Assembly: GCA_964016885.1 (NCBI GenBank)
Contig: OZ024741.1
Span: 124,434,001 to 124,498,000 of the forward strand
Origin: Eledone cirrhosa
Taxonomy: Eukaryota
DNA: 64,000 bases
Direction: 5' to 3'
Shown here one piece after another: positions 28,707 to 42,533 of the stretch. The notes below the pieces were generated by a model that saw only the letters and a program-made list of their open reading frames with translations, was not told the origin of the DNA and ran no database searches. A program made the translations under genes and the position numbers. Numbering within the stretch: the stretch's first letter is position 1; every line of letters begins with the position of its first letter.

Positions 28707-28777
28707 AAGAGATAGTGCTTGTGTCAGAGTAGATTGAAAGAGAGATATAGAGAGAGGGAGAGGAGACAGAGAAAGAG

Positions 28778-28827
<50 letters not shown>

Positions 28828-29175
28828 GCTGGTGTTGTTGTGTGTATATATATGTGTGAGTGTGTCTGTATATATATATATGAGTGTGTGTCTGTATATA
28901 TATATATGAGTGTGTGTCTATGGAAATTGTATATAGATCACAGACACCCACATATTATATGTATATACACACAAACATTATATGTATGTATACAAACACA
29001 GGCATTTATATATATATATATATATACATACACACACACATATATATATATATATGTGCCTTCCAGTTTCATTTCACATTATATACATGTCTCTAAAAAA
29101 TTATTTTTAAGGGAACATGATTTAAAAAAAATATTTTTACGGGAACGTGACCCAACGGATCACGGGTGGCTTAGT
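28465..29175 (+). mobile_element. Possible non-autonomous Helitron-like element
   Basis: Begins TCTATATAT..AAA, contains internal microsatellites, ends in weak hairpin ccc..cacggg followed by TTAG|T. Confidence 0.4.
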
Positions 29176-29190
29176 ATTATATAAAATAAA

Positions 29191-29383
29191 AGGGCGGTGG
29201 ATTAGCAGTATCAGTAGAGGGTCGGACGCCATGCTTTTACACAAAGAGTTACGGCCCTTTATGGTCTGAGTTCAAATCCCGTCGAGGTTAACTTTGCCTT
29301 TCATCCTTACGGGGTCGATAAAATAAAGTACCAGTAATGCACTGGGTAATTGCTGGCCTTGTGCCAAAAGTAGAAACAATTAT
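29191..29383 (+). mobile_element. tRNA-derived SINE
   Basis: Full-length copy of the family at 21665. Confidence 0.8.
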
Positions 29384-30147
29384 ATAAAATAAAAGGCGAA
29401 TAATTTCACTGTTTCTAGGGAAATCGATGACAAATATATATGAATTGAAAGATATATTTATGTATATAAAAAACGAGACGGAGCAGATCGAATCTGGTGT
29501 TCCATTAGTCTTTCCATTGTTGCTACTTACACCCCGTCGCAACATCTGAACGGAGGAGGAAAGTGAAGTAAAGTATTTTACTAAAGAATACAACGCGCTT
29601 GTCAAGGATTCAAACTCACGACCTTATGATCGGAAGTCCTACGCCCTAATCATTAAACGGCCTAACGTTTTATAATATATGAGAGAAAACCAATTTCTAG
29701 ACTATCAGAACGACCCACTTTTCAATCATATTTTGCAATACATTGAAAATATACTTTGGCATCTCTAATAATCTGGAGGTTTTCATCGAAAATGACGTCA
29801 ATGCCATGCGTATAACGGCTGCCAATTATGTTTTATTTGATAAAATGCGATTGATATATTAATGAGTTTCATCGTGTGACGATATTAACATCGAGTATTT
29901 TTATTATAGGATAAGATAATGGCGAACAATATGATAATTTTCTATACGAGATTGACAAATATTTCATATTTATAGATACGCTGCTGTTCTATTTTATTGG
30001 ATTCAGTCAATAAAGTGCGGCCATGCGGCATAACCCCTTGGTTTGTCGATCTTATCTACGCCAGTACTTTGCATATTTTTTTCAATCCCGATACTTATTT
30101 TATTGAATTTATTTTTTGTGTGAATCCTCTTTACTACAGAGCATAAA

Positions 30148-30270
<123 letters not shown>

Positions 30271-31932
30271 ACAATAGGGGCATCTGAAGTTTCCGTGTAC
30301 TAAATTTCACCCATGAAACATTTTTCAAGGCAATGCTCTCCTGCAAGAAACGTGCCAAAAGCACCGCGCAGTGTGACTGCACCAAGAAGCACTTGTTTGC
30401 AAAGCAAACTCTTTAGTCATAAAGTTATGCTTGCTCTTCTTTTAAGAGATAAGTTTTCGTTACTGCAAAGTGTTCTAATAGCATAAATATATTAGGGAAT
30501 TTATTAAGCACATCGATCGATAAATTTCTACACAATATACCATTCTGTATTCAATTATTATTGACCCATTTCTTCTTCAATGAACTCTGGCTGAGGTAGA
30601 TATTGTCTTTCATTTTGAAGGATTGATAAAATATGTAATTGTAAATGTCTCACGTATTGGTTTACTTGGATGTCAGTTATTCATATTTGGATATGCCAGT
30701 GTGTCTGTGTTCTTGTTCCTGATTATACTTGTTGTTATATATAAATAACTCACACACACCCCCACTTAACAATCATTCTTTGTCAGAGACGAAACTCTCT
30801 GGAAATCTAACGTTATATCTACATGTGAAAGAAAGGAGCAGCAGCTAGTCTTTTGCGGCCATTTCTCCGGCTAAAGGAGGAGTTATCCACTTTGTACCAT
30901 GACAGGTTTTTGTTATGTATGGGGGTCCTTTTTGAAGGAATGTTTAATACGCAGATGTGCTTCCTGGTTCCAGCTATCTTAGACCCCTCTTACGAGGCGT
31001 AAGAATACGGTAAAGTCTATACTAATCAGCACATACGTGTCACTCTTTTAGGAGAAAATGTTTGCAGTCAGTTTTTATCCTTTAAATATATCACACCTAA
31101 TGAATATTGTTGTCACATGTTTAAGAAGTATGAATTTGTTTTATACGTAAGATACTTTTGAGGTATGATCTCTTTGTGATATGAAATGACTATTTTAAGA
31201 TAGCACCTCGGCAAATTTGTCTGCCAGGACAACGAAACATGTGCTGTGATAGCATAGGTATTATATTCAAATATATATATGCACCGAGGAAATGTTAGAG
31301 AAATAACTCGCATAGAGAGCTGACTCGTTGACATCCGCTGGATGAAAACTCGGAGCACATAAAACTAGATCAGATAACGCAAAATATTTAATCCTATTTC
31401 CCAATGTCTATGTAAATTCAACGCCTTGATCTATCTTTGTATACAATACACATACATCTAAATACAGCTTCACGAAACATTCTATATTAAAACAAAAAAT
31501 ATTATTACATTTTGCGGTCGGCCAGATGTTGTTCAATGAATGATTCAACCTGCTCATAATGTGTAAATGGTTTATCATTCCACAAACACCTGAATCCTTA
31601 ACCTAGTTCTCGGGGAAACTCACCTGGATTTGACAATGCAACGAGAGACGAAGTTGGCCATTTGAATTAGTTCACGCGATGGGTTTCAAATAGTTTCCTT
31701 CTATTCCATTTAACTTGCAAGGCATAAGGCGAACAGCAGCTATGGGAAACGACACTCGCCTAAGATGCTAAGCAGTTGGATTGATCCCAATACTTGATGA
31801 TTGAGAATTGATCACCTTAACCTTTCGGCCATGTTATGTCCCCAGATTTATATCATATTTTATTAGGTTTATCATAGATCGATAAGTGCCCAATGTAAAT
31901 AGAAATAAATTGAATTTCAACATAATTGGAGA

Positions 31933-31963
<31 letters not shown>

Positions 31964-32860
31964 GACAGGGGGGAAGAAAAAATGGCTTCACTTGTGCTTT
32001 CAACAAATTTATTTTCTTCACAAAATCCAAAAAGAATTTTTCTTAAAAAAAATTATTTTATAAATTAAGTTGTTGGTTGTTGGTTAGGTCTTAGGAGTTC
32101 TTGGTTAACGTAGGAGGTATTGTTTCGTTTTTAGAAAGACCTTTCACGCTGAGGTGCGCTTGTCAAACTGATGTGTATGTGGTGTGTTGTTCTATGTATA
32201 GGGATTTAACATGTCTGTGGTGTGGTAGGGGTTTCTTTTCTCCCCCTTTAATAAGTGCATGGGTGTAGGTGTGTTGAAAAAGTGTTCATAGCAGTAATGA
32301 GTTGAGACGGTGAGTAGGGTTGGGTGGGGAGAAACTTAGCAAGTGCGGCCTGCCCCGGTTATTCTCGAAAAATTCCTTTATTCAGGGGAAAAAGCTTTTA
32401 GCATCGCTTTTGTGTTGAGAATGGTCACAGGCAAATCGCACCTGTCAAGCTTGTGAATAATTATTTTTTTCTTTTTTTCCTGAAGAATTTTTCTACGTCC
32501 ATCCCAAAGTTAGTCCTTTGTTCAACACACACATATATATGTGTGCATATATGTACATACACACACGGGCATATGTAGGAACATATAGGCACACACCATC
32601 AATCACACACCCCTGTACAAATACACACACAAAAACATATAGACACATATAAAAATACACATACACATACGTACACACACGAATATGTACACATACCTCC
32701 ACATGGGTATATATATATATACACATATATACACACATACATACACATATACATACATACATATACATATATATATATAAATATATATACATACACATAC
32801 ACATACACACACATACACACACACACACATATATGTATATATATATATATATATATACAT

Positions 32861-32901
<41 letters not shown>

Positions 32902-33194
32902 TACATATATACATATACATACATACATACATACATATACCTACATACACATACATACATATACACACATAAAGATACATAACTAAATATACATATATAC
33001 ACACATACACGCATACATACACATACACACACACACACACACGCACACGCACGTGTGTACACACACACACGCACACACACACACATATACATATGTCCGT
33101 ATATATACCCCTCCGTTCACACATACATGCATACATACACACACATACACCCATACATCTATATATATGTATACACATATAAAGAGAGAGGCAT

Positions 33195-33295
<101 letters not shown>

Positions 33296-33560
33296 TATAT
33301 ATATATACATATACACACACATACATACACATACATATACACATATGTACACATAAATACATACAGACACATATACACATATATACACATACATATACAC
33401 ATACATACATATCCATATACATATATATACACACACATACATATGCACACATATATATATATACATATGTATATATATACACATACATACACATACACAT
33501 ACACATACACATACAAGTACATACATACACACATACATGCATACACATACATGTACATAC

Positions 33561-33591
<31 letters not shown>

Positions 33592-33658
33592 CACATATAT
33601 ACATACACATATATATACATATATATACACATACACACATATACATACATATACACAT

Positions 33659-33692
<34 letters not shown>

Positions 33693-33948
33693 ATATATAT
33701 ACATATATATATATACATATACATGTGTGCGTATACACGAGCACATAAAGACACATATACACATACACATACACATACATATACATACACACACATACAC
33801 ACACATACATCTACATACATACATATACACAAACAGAAACATACACACATGTACACACATATGTACATATATGCACATACATACACACACACACATATAT
33901 ATATAGGTACATACACATACACACACACATAAACATACATATCTATCC

Positions 33949-33997
<49 letters not shown>

Positions 33998-34070
33998 CAC
34001 ACACACACATACACACACACATATACACAAACATACACATACATACATGTACATATACACATATATATAC

Positions 34071-34133
<63 letters not shown>

Positions 34134-34379
34134 TATACATATATATATACACACACACATACAAACATACACACATCCATACATATATGTATATATATAC
34201 ACACACATACACACACACACACATACACACACCCACATACATATATACCCACACGTACATACATCCATACATCCCTACACACATATATGTCTGTGTCTCA
34301 CCGTTCATTCAGATATTCATGTGTATACATAAGAAGGAGGGGGGGGTAGTGAAATGGAATTTTACCTCCGAGTGTTAAT

Positions 34380-36708
34380 TCATTTTTTCGTGTTCAGCAG
34401 TGGTTTAAATTTTTCAATGAAGAATTCTTCTTTATATCTGCGGAAATGTTCGTTATCCGACTATATCTTGAAGAAAGGGAAGATTGTGAATTTTCCCTTC
34501 CCGCATGATGCAAAGTGTGCGCTACATGTAGTATTTCTGACTGTGGGGTCTTTAATTTGTTGTTTATGTACCCGGACTCTATCATGTAATCCCGTTCCGG
34601 TTTCCCCAATGTAATACTCTGTACACTGTGGACATGTTGCGCAATATATTAGGTTTTTCGTATTGCAGTTCATGTTTGCATTGACCTTGAAATTATCATG
34701 GTTTTTGAAGGACAACTGTTTGCCCTCTTCGATGAGTTCACAGCTTCCACATCTAGGGTCCCGCATTTCGTCACTTGCATTGATTCTATGTTGGTCGTAA
34801 ATTTTGCCTTGGTAATTAGTTTTTTACGGTTGGGTGCTTGGCGTCTGCTATAAATTATCTGTGTGTTTTTTAAGAGTGCATTCATTTTGGTAGATTGCTG
34901 TAGAATCGGGAGATACTGCTTAGCAGTTTTCACAATGTTGATGTTCCCTGGGTTGTGAGTGATGACAAAAGAGATAGCAGGGTTTTCTTTTTTATGTTGT
35001 GGGTTCGGTTTTCTCAGTGTTGTTATTGGGATGTTCTTAGCCTTGGAGATGGCTGCGTTGATGAGTTTCATCGGGTATTCTTTTTTTAAGGAATTTTTTC
35101 AGGTCACATAATCTTTTTTCTTGTAGCACGGGGTGTGTTGCTATAGTGCAGATGCGCCTTGCCATGTTGAAGGGAATGTTCCTTTTCGTATGTGAGGGGT
35201 GTGCTGACCGGAAATTTAAGTATTGGTGTGTGTCAGTGGGTTTGCAAAATAGGTCCGTTATGATATTTTCCCCTTCTTTAATGATGAGGATATCTAGAAA
35301 GGGCAGTTCCTTTTCGTTACATTCCATAGTGAATTGTATAGCTTCATGAAGCCTGTTTAGGATCGAATAACATTTTTGTAGGTCTGTTTGGCTTCTGTTC
35401 CAGAAGATGAAGCAGTCATCTAGGTAACGTTTCCAGTTTTTATTAATGTAGAAGGCGAAGTCGTGACTGAATGTTATTTGTAGTTGGGAATCTAATTTTG
35501 CCTCTAAGTGACCCACAACGAGCGTTGCATATGTAGGGGCCACTTTGGTACCCATGGCTGCTCCTTTTATTTGTAGATAAAGTTCGTTGTCAAAGAGGAA
35601 GTGGTTGTTTTCCAATACTAATTTAAGTCCTTCCAAGATGAATTCTTTGGGAAATCTTTCTGAAATGTGACTTGAGTGTTTTGTAATCCAGAAGTCCACA
35701 GCTTCAATCCCTAGGTCGTGTGGGATGTTAGTGTACAGGCTTATTACATCAAAACTGACTAGGATTGTATCCTGGTGTACTTTTGGGGGGATATAGTTAA
35801 GGAATTCCATATCATCTCTGATGTAGCTTGGAACTTTTTTACATAGGGGTTTGAGTATGATGTCTAATAGGTTGCTTAGACGTTGTGTGCTTGAGGCTGG
35901 GCCAGCAATAATGGGGCGTAATTTTAAGTCTGTCGGTTTTGGTGCTTCGATGTATGATGTATTTTTCCCTTTTATGCTGTTTTGGATTTCTATGGATTTG
36001 TGAATTTTTGGTAATCCATAGAAATTGCTGGTTTTCATTACGAAGTTGGTTAGGTAATCTACTTCTTTTGGTGTTAGGTTGTTTTGGTACTTTGTTGTTA
36101 GTTTGCCTATTTGGTTCCTCGATTTCCTTTCTTCGTTTTTAGTGATTTTCCTGTAGAAGTTTGCGTCATTCAAGTGTGCTAGGACCATATCTTTGTAGTG
36201 GTTTGTGTCCATGATGACGATTGCTCTACCTTTGTCCGCTTCTTTTATTATTATTGAGGAATCTCTTTGTAGCTTGTTCAATGCTAGTAGTTGGTCTGTA
36301 GGGATGTTGCATTTGTGTTTCGTCTCGGCCGTATTTGTACGTGCTGATCGGCGAAGGCAGGTTATGTATTCCTCCAGGTATTTATCTCTATTTAGCGGGG
36401 GTGTGAAGTTCTTTTTTGTTTTTCACCAGTGATTCTTCCTCGTATTGTACACCCTGGAAGAATTCTCCTAAGCGTAATTTTCGACAGTATTCTTCTGTGT
36501 CTTTTATAACATCGGCTGTGTCTGCTTTCGGAGTGGGAGTGAACTTCAGTCCATTTTCTAACAGTTGTATTTCTGGTTGTGTTAATTTCTTGGCTGATAT
36601 ATTGATTATTTTTGGTTCGATTGGTTCTTTCTCGTCAGGTGCCACTTGAAAGGTGGTGCTTTTTTCTTTTTTTCTTTCATTTGGTGCGAGGCCCCTAGTC
36701 CTAAAAAA
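34380..36708 (-). pseudogene. PLE A RT-GIY-YIG ORF2 (few frameshifts)
   Basis: ORF pieces 36388-36717, 35037-36281, 34670-35071, 34461-34766. Confidence 0.9.
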
Positions 36709-37820
36709 TGGGGACAATTTGGGATAGGGGTGTTTCTGTTGTGGTGAAACCTTTGGCCCGCCGGAACTTCATGTCGGTAACTGGTTGGGCGATAGACTCT
36801 TGCGTGGCCGTTGCTGTATGGGGGTCTGGTTCTTCTGTTGATTCGTTCAGTATTCATGTGTCTTTGATTTTGTCTCCGGTGATTGTTCTTGGTGTTATGG
36901 CAGTGGTTGTATCTGGTTCTGGTGTTGAGTATTGGGTCTGTATGTAGTTGTGTGTTTGGGGTTACCCAATATCTAGTTGTTGTTGGTTTATTGTGTGTGG
37001 GTGCTTCATTTCTTGTGTTGTTGTATTTTCCTGAGTTCTGGGGTTTCCTATGGGTTTGTTTTCTGGGTTTTATTTGGTCTTTCCCATAGTTATCTTCATA
37101 TTCTTGAAGCCATTGAGTTCTTGACTCCAAGATTTTCTTTGATTTTAACTCCTCTCTAGTTGTATCTGTCTGCCATAGGTTGAGGAGTTTTTCACGTACA
37201 TTGCCGCTGCTTCTTTTGTTTATTTCCTCTTGGATGGTGGTGTCGCATTTTTCAAATTTCTCTTTGAATTTTGGCACTCTTAGGCGGAGTAGGGTGATTT
37301 CTGTCTCAAGTGTTTGGAGTGCTAGATTTAGTCTTGTTGCAGTTTCTTCCTTTGATTCCGATGGTATTTCTTTAATTCGGAATTTTCTCGGGAGGATAAC
37401 TGGTTCCTTGCTAAGCCATATTTCGTATGTGTCTGCTAGGTTTTCACTCCTCAAGGCTTTCCAGTATGCCTGTTTCCTTTGATTTAATAAAGGTTTCCAA
37501 ATGTTTTTCATTTGGTTTCTTTTTCTGTAGGCTTCTTTTTCTAGGTTCAGTTCATTCCATTCTTTGAATGCATTATTGGTGATGGAGTTCTGTTCATGTG
37601 TAGCTATTTCAGGAGAAAAGGTTTGTTCTTGTTTTTGCCGGTCTGTAATTAGTGAATCAAGTTTTTCCCTGTAGCTGCGTGTTTGTTGTTCCATTTCTTG
37701 TACGGCATTCGTAAGGGAATCATATTTATCTATTATTATGGTGAGTTTTTCTGATATTTCCTGTAGTAGTGTATCCGATCTGAGGGATTCAGTAGAGGAT
37801 TTTGAACGTGTGTTAGCCAT
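36606..37820 (-). CDS. PLE A ORF1 (~404 aa, helical/coiled-coil-like with basic C-terminus), intact
   Basis: ATG at 37820 (MANTRSKS); homologous to the decayed ORF at 48693-50046. Confidence 0.7.
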   Translation of the reverse strand: MANTRSKSSTESLRSDTLLQEISEKLTIIIDKYDSLTNAVQEMEQQTRSYREKLDSLITDRQKQEQTFSPEIATHEQNSITNNAFKEWNELNLEKEAYRKRNQMKNIWKPLLNQRKQAYWKALRSENLADTYEIWLSKEPVILPRKFRIKEIPSESKEETATRLNLALQTLETEITLLRLRVPKFKEKFEKCDTTIQEEINKRSSGNVREKLLNLWQTDTTREELKSKKILESRTQWLQEYEDNYGKDQIKPRKQTHRKPQNSGKYNNTRNEAPTHNKPTTTRYWVTPNTQLHTDPILNTRTRYNHCHNTKNNHRRQNQRHMNTERINRRTRPPYSNGHARVYRPTSYRHEVPAGQRFHHNRNTPIPNCPHFLGLGASHQMKEKKKKAPPFKWHLTRKNQSNQK

Positions 37821-37992
37821 TCTGTCTTGTACAAGGGGATAGAATATTGGAAAATGTGTGTAATCCTTGGTACAGTTAGGTATATTAAGACAGGGGGGAA
37901 GAAAAAATGGCTTCACTTGTGCTTTCAACAAATTTATTTTCTTCACAAAATACAAAAATAATTTTTCTTAAAAAAAATTATTTTATAGATTA

Positions 37993-38552
37993 ATGATAAT
38001 TTCAAGGTCAATGCTAACATGAACTGCAAAACGAAAAACCTAATATATTGCGCAACATGTCCACAGTGTAAAGAGTATTACATTGGGGAAACCGGAACGG
38101 GATTACATGATAGAGTCCGGGTACATAAACAACAGATTAAAGACCCCACAGTCAGAAATACCACATGTAGCGCACACTTTGCATCATGCGGGAAGGGAAA
38201 ATTCACAATCTTCCCTTTCTTCAAGATATGGTCGGATAACGAACATTTCTGCAGATATAAAGAAGAATTCTTCATTGAAAAATTTAAACCACTACTGAAT
38301 ACGAAAAAATGAATTAACACTCGGAGGTAAAATTCCATTTCGCTACCCCCCCCCCTCTTCTTATGTATACACATGAATATCTGAATGAACGGTGAGACAC
38401 ACACATATATGTGTGTAGGGATGTATGGATGTATGTACGTGTGGGTATATATGTGTGTGGGTGTGTGTATGTGTGTGTGTATATATATACATATATGTAT
38501 GGATATGTGTATGTTTGTATGTGTGTGTGTATATATATATGTATATATATGA

Positions 38553-38598
<46 letters not shown>

Positions 38599-38667
38599 AT
38601 ATATGTGTATATGTACATGTATGTATGTGTATGTTTGTATATATGTGTGTGTGTATGTGTGTGTGTG

Positions 38668-38762
<95 letters not shown>

Positions 38763-38981
38763 GGATAGATATGTATGTTTATATGTGTGTGTATGTATGT
38801 GTATGTACCTGTATATATGTGTGTACATGTGTGTATGTTTCTGTTTGTATATATGTATGTATGTAGATGTATGTGTGTGTATGTGTGTGTATGTATATGT
38901 ATGTGTATGTGTATGTGTATATGTGTCTTTATGTGCTCGTGTATACGCGCACATGTATATGTATATATATATATATGTATA

Positions 38982-39034
<53 letters not shown>

Positions 39035-39099
39035 ATGTGTATATGTATGTATATGTGTGTATGTGTATATATATGTATATGTATGTGTATGTATATATG

Positions 39100-39132
<33 letters not shown>

Positions 39133-39375
39133 GTACATGTATGTGTATGCATGTATGTGTGTATGTATGTAATTGTATGTGTATGTGTATGTGTATGTAT
39201 GTGTATATATATACATATGTATATATATATATATGTGTGCATATGTATGTGTGTGTATATATATGTATATGGATATGTATGTATGTGTATATGTATGTGT
39301 ATATATGTGTATATGTGTCTGTATGTACATATGTGTATATGTATGTGTATGTATGTGTGTGTATATGTATATATA

Positions 39376-39432
<57 letters not shown>

Positions 39433-39549
39433 ATGCCTCTCTCTTTATAGGTGTATACATATATATAGATGTATGGGTGTATGTGTGTGTATGTATGCAT
39501 GTATGTGTGAACGGAGGGGTATATATACGGACATATGTATATGTGTGTG

Positions 39550-39589
<40 letters not shown>

Positions 39590-39701
39590 CGTGTATGTGT
39601 GTATATATGTATATTTAGTTATGTATCTTTATGTGTGTATATGTATGTATGTGTATGTAGGTATATGTATGTATGTATGTATATGTATATATGTATATAT
39701 G

Positions 39702-39732
<31 letters not shown>

Positions 39733-39735
39733 ATG

Positions 39736-39768
<33 letters not shown>

Positions 39769-40657
39769 ATGTGTGTGTATGTGTATGTGTATGTATATAT
39801 ATTTATATATATATATGTATATGTATGTATGTATATGTGTATGTATGTGTGTATATATGTGTATATATATATATACCCATGTGGAGGTATGTGTACATAT
39901 TCGTGTGTGTACGTATGTGTATGTGTGTTTTATATGTGTCTCTATATGTTTTTGTGTGTGTATTTGTACAGGGGTGTGTGATTGATGGTGTGTGCCTATA
40001 TGTTCCTACATATGCCCCTGTGTGTATGTACATATATGCACAGATATATATGTGTGTGTTGAACAAAGGACTAACTTTGGGATGGACGTAGAAAAATTCT
40101 TCAGGAAAAAAAGAAAAAAATAATTATTCACAAGCTTGACAGGTGCGATTTGCCTGTGACCATTCTCAACACAAAAGCGATGCTAAAAGCTTTTTCCCCT
40201 GAATAAAGGAATTTTTTGAGAATGACCGGGGCAGGCCGCACTTGCTAAGTTTCTCCCCACCCAACCCTACTCACCGTCTCAACTCATTACTGCTATGAAC
40301 ACTTTTTCAACACACCTACACCCATGCACTTATTAAAGGGGGAGAAAAGAAACCCCTACCACACAACAGACATTTTAAATCCCTATATATAGAACAACAC
40401 ACCACATACACATCAGTTTGACAAGCGCACCTCAGCGTGAAAGGTCTTTCTAAAAACGAAACAATACCTCCTACGTTAACCAAGAACTCCTAAGACCTAA
40501 CCAACAACCAACAACTTAATTTATAAAATAATTTTTTTTAAGAAAAATTCTTTTTGGATTTTGTGAAGAAAATAAATTTGTTGAAAGCACAAGTGAAGCC
40601 ATTTTTTCTTCCCCCCTGTCTTAATATACCTAACTGTACCAAGGATTACACACATTT

Positions 40658-40664
<7 letters not shown>
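37993..40664 (+). mobile_element. Inverted 3' copy of PLE A (GIY-YIG end + pLTR + tail)
   Basis: Reverse complement of ~31958-34699, plus an extension matching 37845-37885; ends in (TA)n. Confidence 0.92.
40414..40452 (+). ncRNA. HHR-like motif, U3-A8 core (mirror copy ~32132-32170 on minus)
   Basis: TTGACAA-GCGC acctca GCGT-GAAA-GGTC-TT; stem I weak. Confidence 0.5.
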
Positions 40665-40732
<68 letters not shown>

Positions 40733-41079
40733 CATATATATATATTACTTGTAGGTGTAGATAGTATCGATAGATTTCAGCTGTCTAATTAACTAGATTT
40801 TAGGGGAATAAAATAATAAAGTAAATGAAGATAACATGCGTTATATTCTATGAAATATATTTCATGTATAAATGCGAAAAGCATCTAGATAAAAGATAAA
40901 ATATACTTTTATCGCGTAACATATACGATATAAATAATTAATAGACTTTAATACATAACAAGTATATGTAAAAAATATAATTGGACAAATAAATTTTAGA
41001 TATAACTGTAGTAAATTGTATAATTCAGATATATGTTTACTTAAAAGCCCGGAGCTAGCATGCGAAATACATATAATGT

Positions 41080-41330
41080 TGGCGGATTGGCATTATCAGG
41101 AGGGCGTAGTGCAACATGCTTTGCGGCATAGAGTTACACCCATTTACGTTATATGTTCAAATCCAGTCGAGTTAACTTCGCCTTTCAGATTTACGGTGTC
41201 GATAAATTAAAGCACTAGTAATGCACTGGTTTCGATTTAATCGACTGCCCCACCACCATTACCACCACCACCAGCACTACTATAAAAAAAAATTGTTGGC
41301 CTTGTACTTAATTGAGAAACCATATTTAAT
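41080..41330 (+). mobile_element. Degenerate tRNA-derived SINE
   Basis: ggcggattggca..gttcaaatcc..aacttcgcctttca..gtcgataaa. Confidence 0.65.
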
Positions 41331-42484
41331 CACATTTCATCTACTGTTTGTCAAGTTCATGTTTTATCATAGTGGGGGATTTGAGCGTGGTTTGGCTATA
41401 ATTCTCCTGTATACATATATAGTTAAAATATTGAAGAAACTAAACGAAAGATAGGAAAGAGAACGCACTACAATCTCGACTGGACGGTATATCTCGACGC
41501 CGTCCAAGGTGACACAATATATAACAAACCTGAACCATTGAATTCCTGATACAATTCCTCCAACGTTATTTCATACAATTTAGGTCTATATTATTTCATT
41601 CTCTATAGACACTTGTTTAATGTAAAGAATCTTTTCCGAGATGTCACTCATGGGATCGAACCATTCGCCATTGAGCTTATAAATGTATATTACAACATTT
41701 CTACTAAATTTGTTTATTTTTACATTGCGGACATTTACATTTCGTACAAACTAATTGTAAGGCGGCGAACTGGAGAGTCTTTAGGGCGGCAGATTAAATA
41801 TCCTCTGGCTCACAGCGTTCAGTCTTTAAATCCTGCAGAGGTTTTAATCCTTCGAAGTACATTTCCAGTACCGAGGTTGATTCTTCTCTTATCTCTTACT
41901 CACTTTCTCCCCTCTCATTCTCTACAGACTTGATGGGAAATGTACTCCACTACGTGTGAATGTCCAAGATAAGCGGTATCTTACTAAGCACATTTTCTTT
42001 CTACTTTCTTTCATAATCTGCATTATAAATTGTTTCGCCTCAGCGAAATTGTTTACCAATCCTCCATTAATAAATCGATATAGCTCGTAATTGTGTTACT
42101 ATTATAACTGAGTATTACTTATTGAATTGAATATTAAGAAGGATTGACGGTTGTTCTCTTAATATATATGCCCAACTAATTACATTCATTAAATGTGAAT
42201 TATATCTTTGACCTTTGCTTTGTTTTCTATAACCTTCTGCAGACAAACGGCAGTGCTGTGAGGTAAAGAGGTTTGCTTCATAAACATGTTTCTCTAGGTA
42301 GAACGCAAGATAGCCTTTTACAATAACCTAGTAATACATCTTTTTTCCCTTTTTTAAGTTGATCTTTGAAACATTATTTAACACAATTTCCTAACGATAT
42401 ATTTCGATAGAAATTTCATAAATAAGAAATAACACTTTAAAAGCTTTGTATCATAAGCGCCGTTTCGGGTAATTTTGTATAAAA

Positions 42485-42533
42485 AGGGTTAGGGTTAGGG
42501 TCAGGGTTAGGGTCAGGATCAGGGTTAGGGTTA
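42485..42533 (+). repeat. Short interstitial telomere-like array (TTAGGG/TCAGGG, ~8 units)
   Basis: agggttagggttagggtcagggttagggtcaggatcagggttagggtta. Confidence 0.85.

Noticed and set aside
36388-36430. Additional frameshifts in PLE A ORF2 (also ~35070 and ~34760)
   Set aside because: They fall within or between conserved motifs, mostly in A-runs, and are not shared with element B; treated as decay or sequencing error rather than programmed
40195-40235. Second HHR-like string CTGAATA..GAGA in the PLE A pLTR
   Set aside because: Too many core deviations and no valid stem III or cleavage triplet
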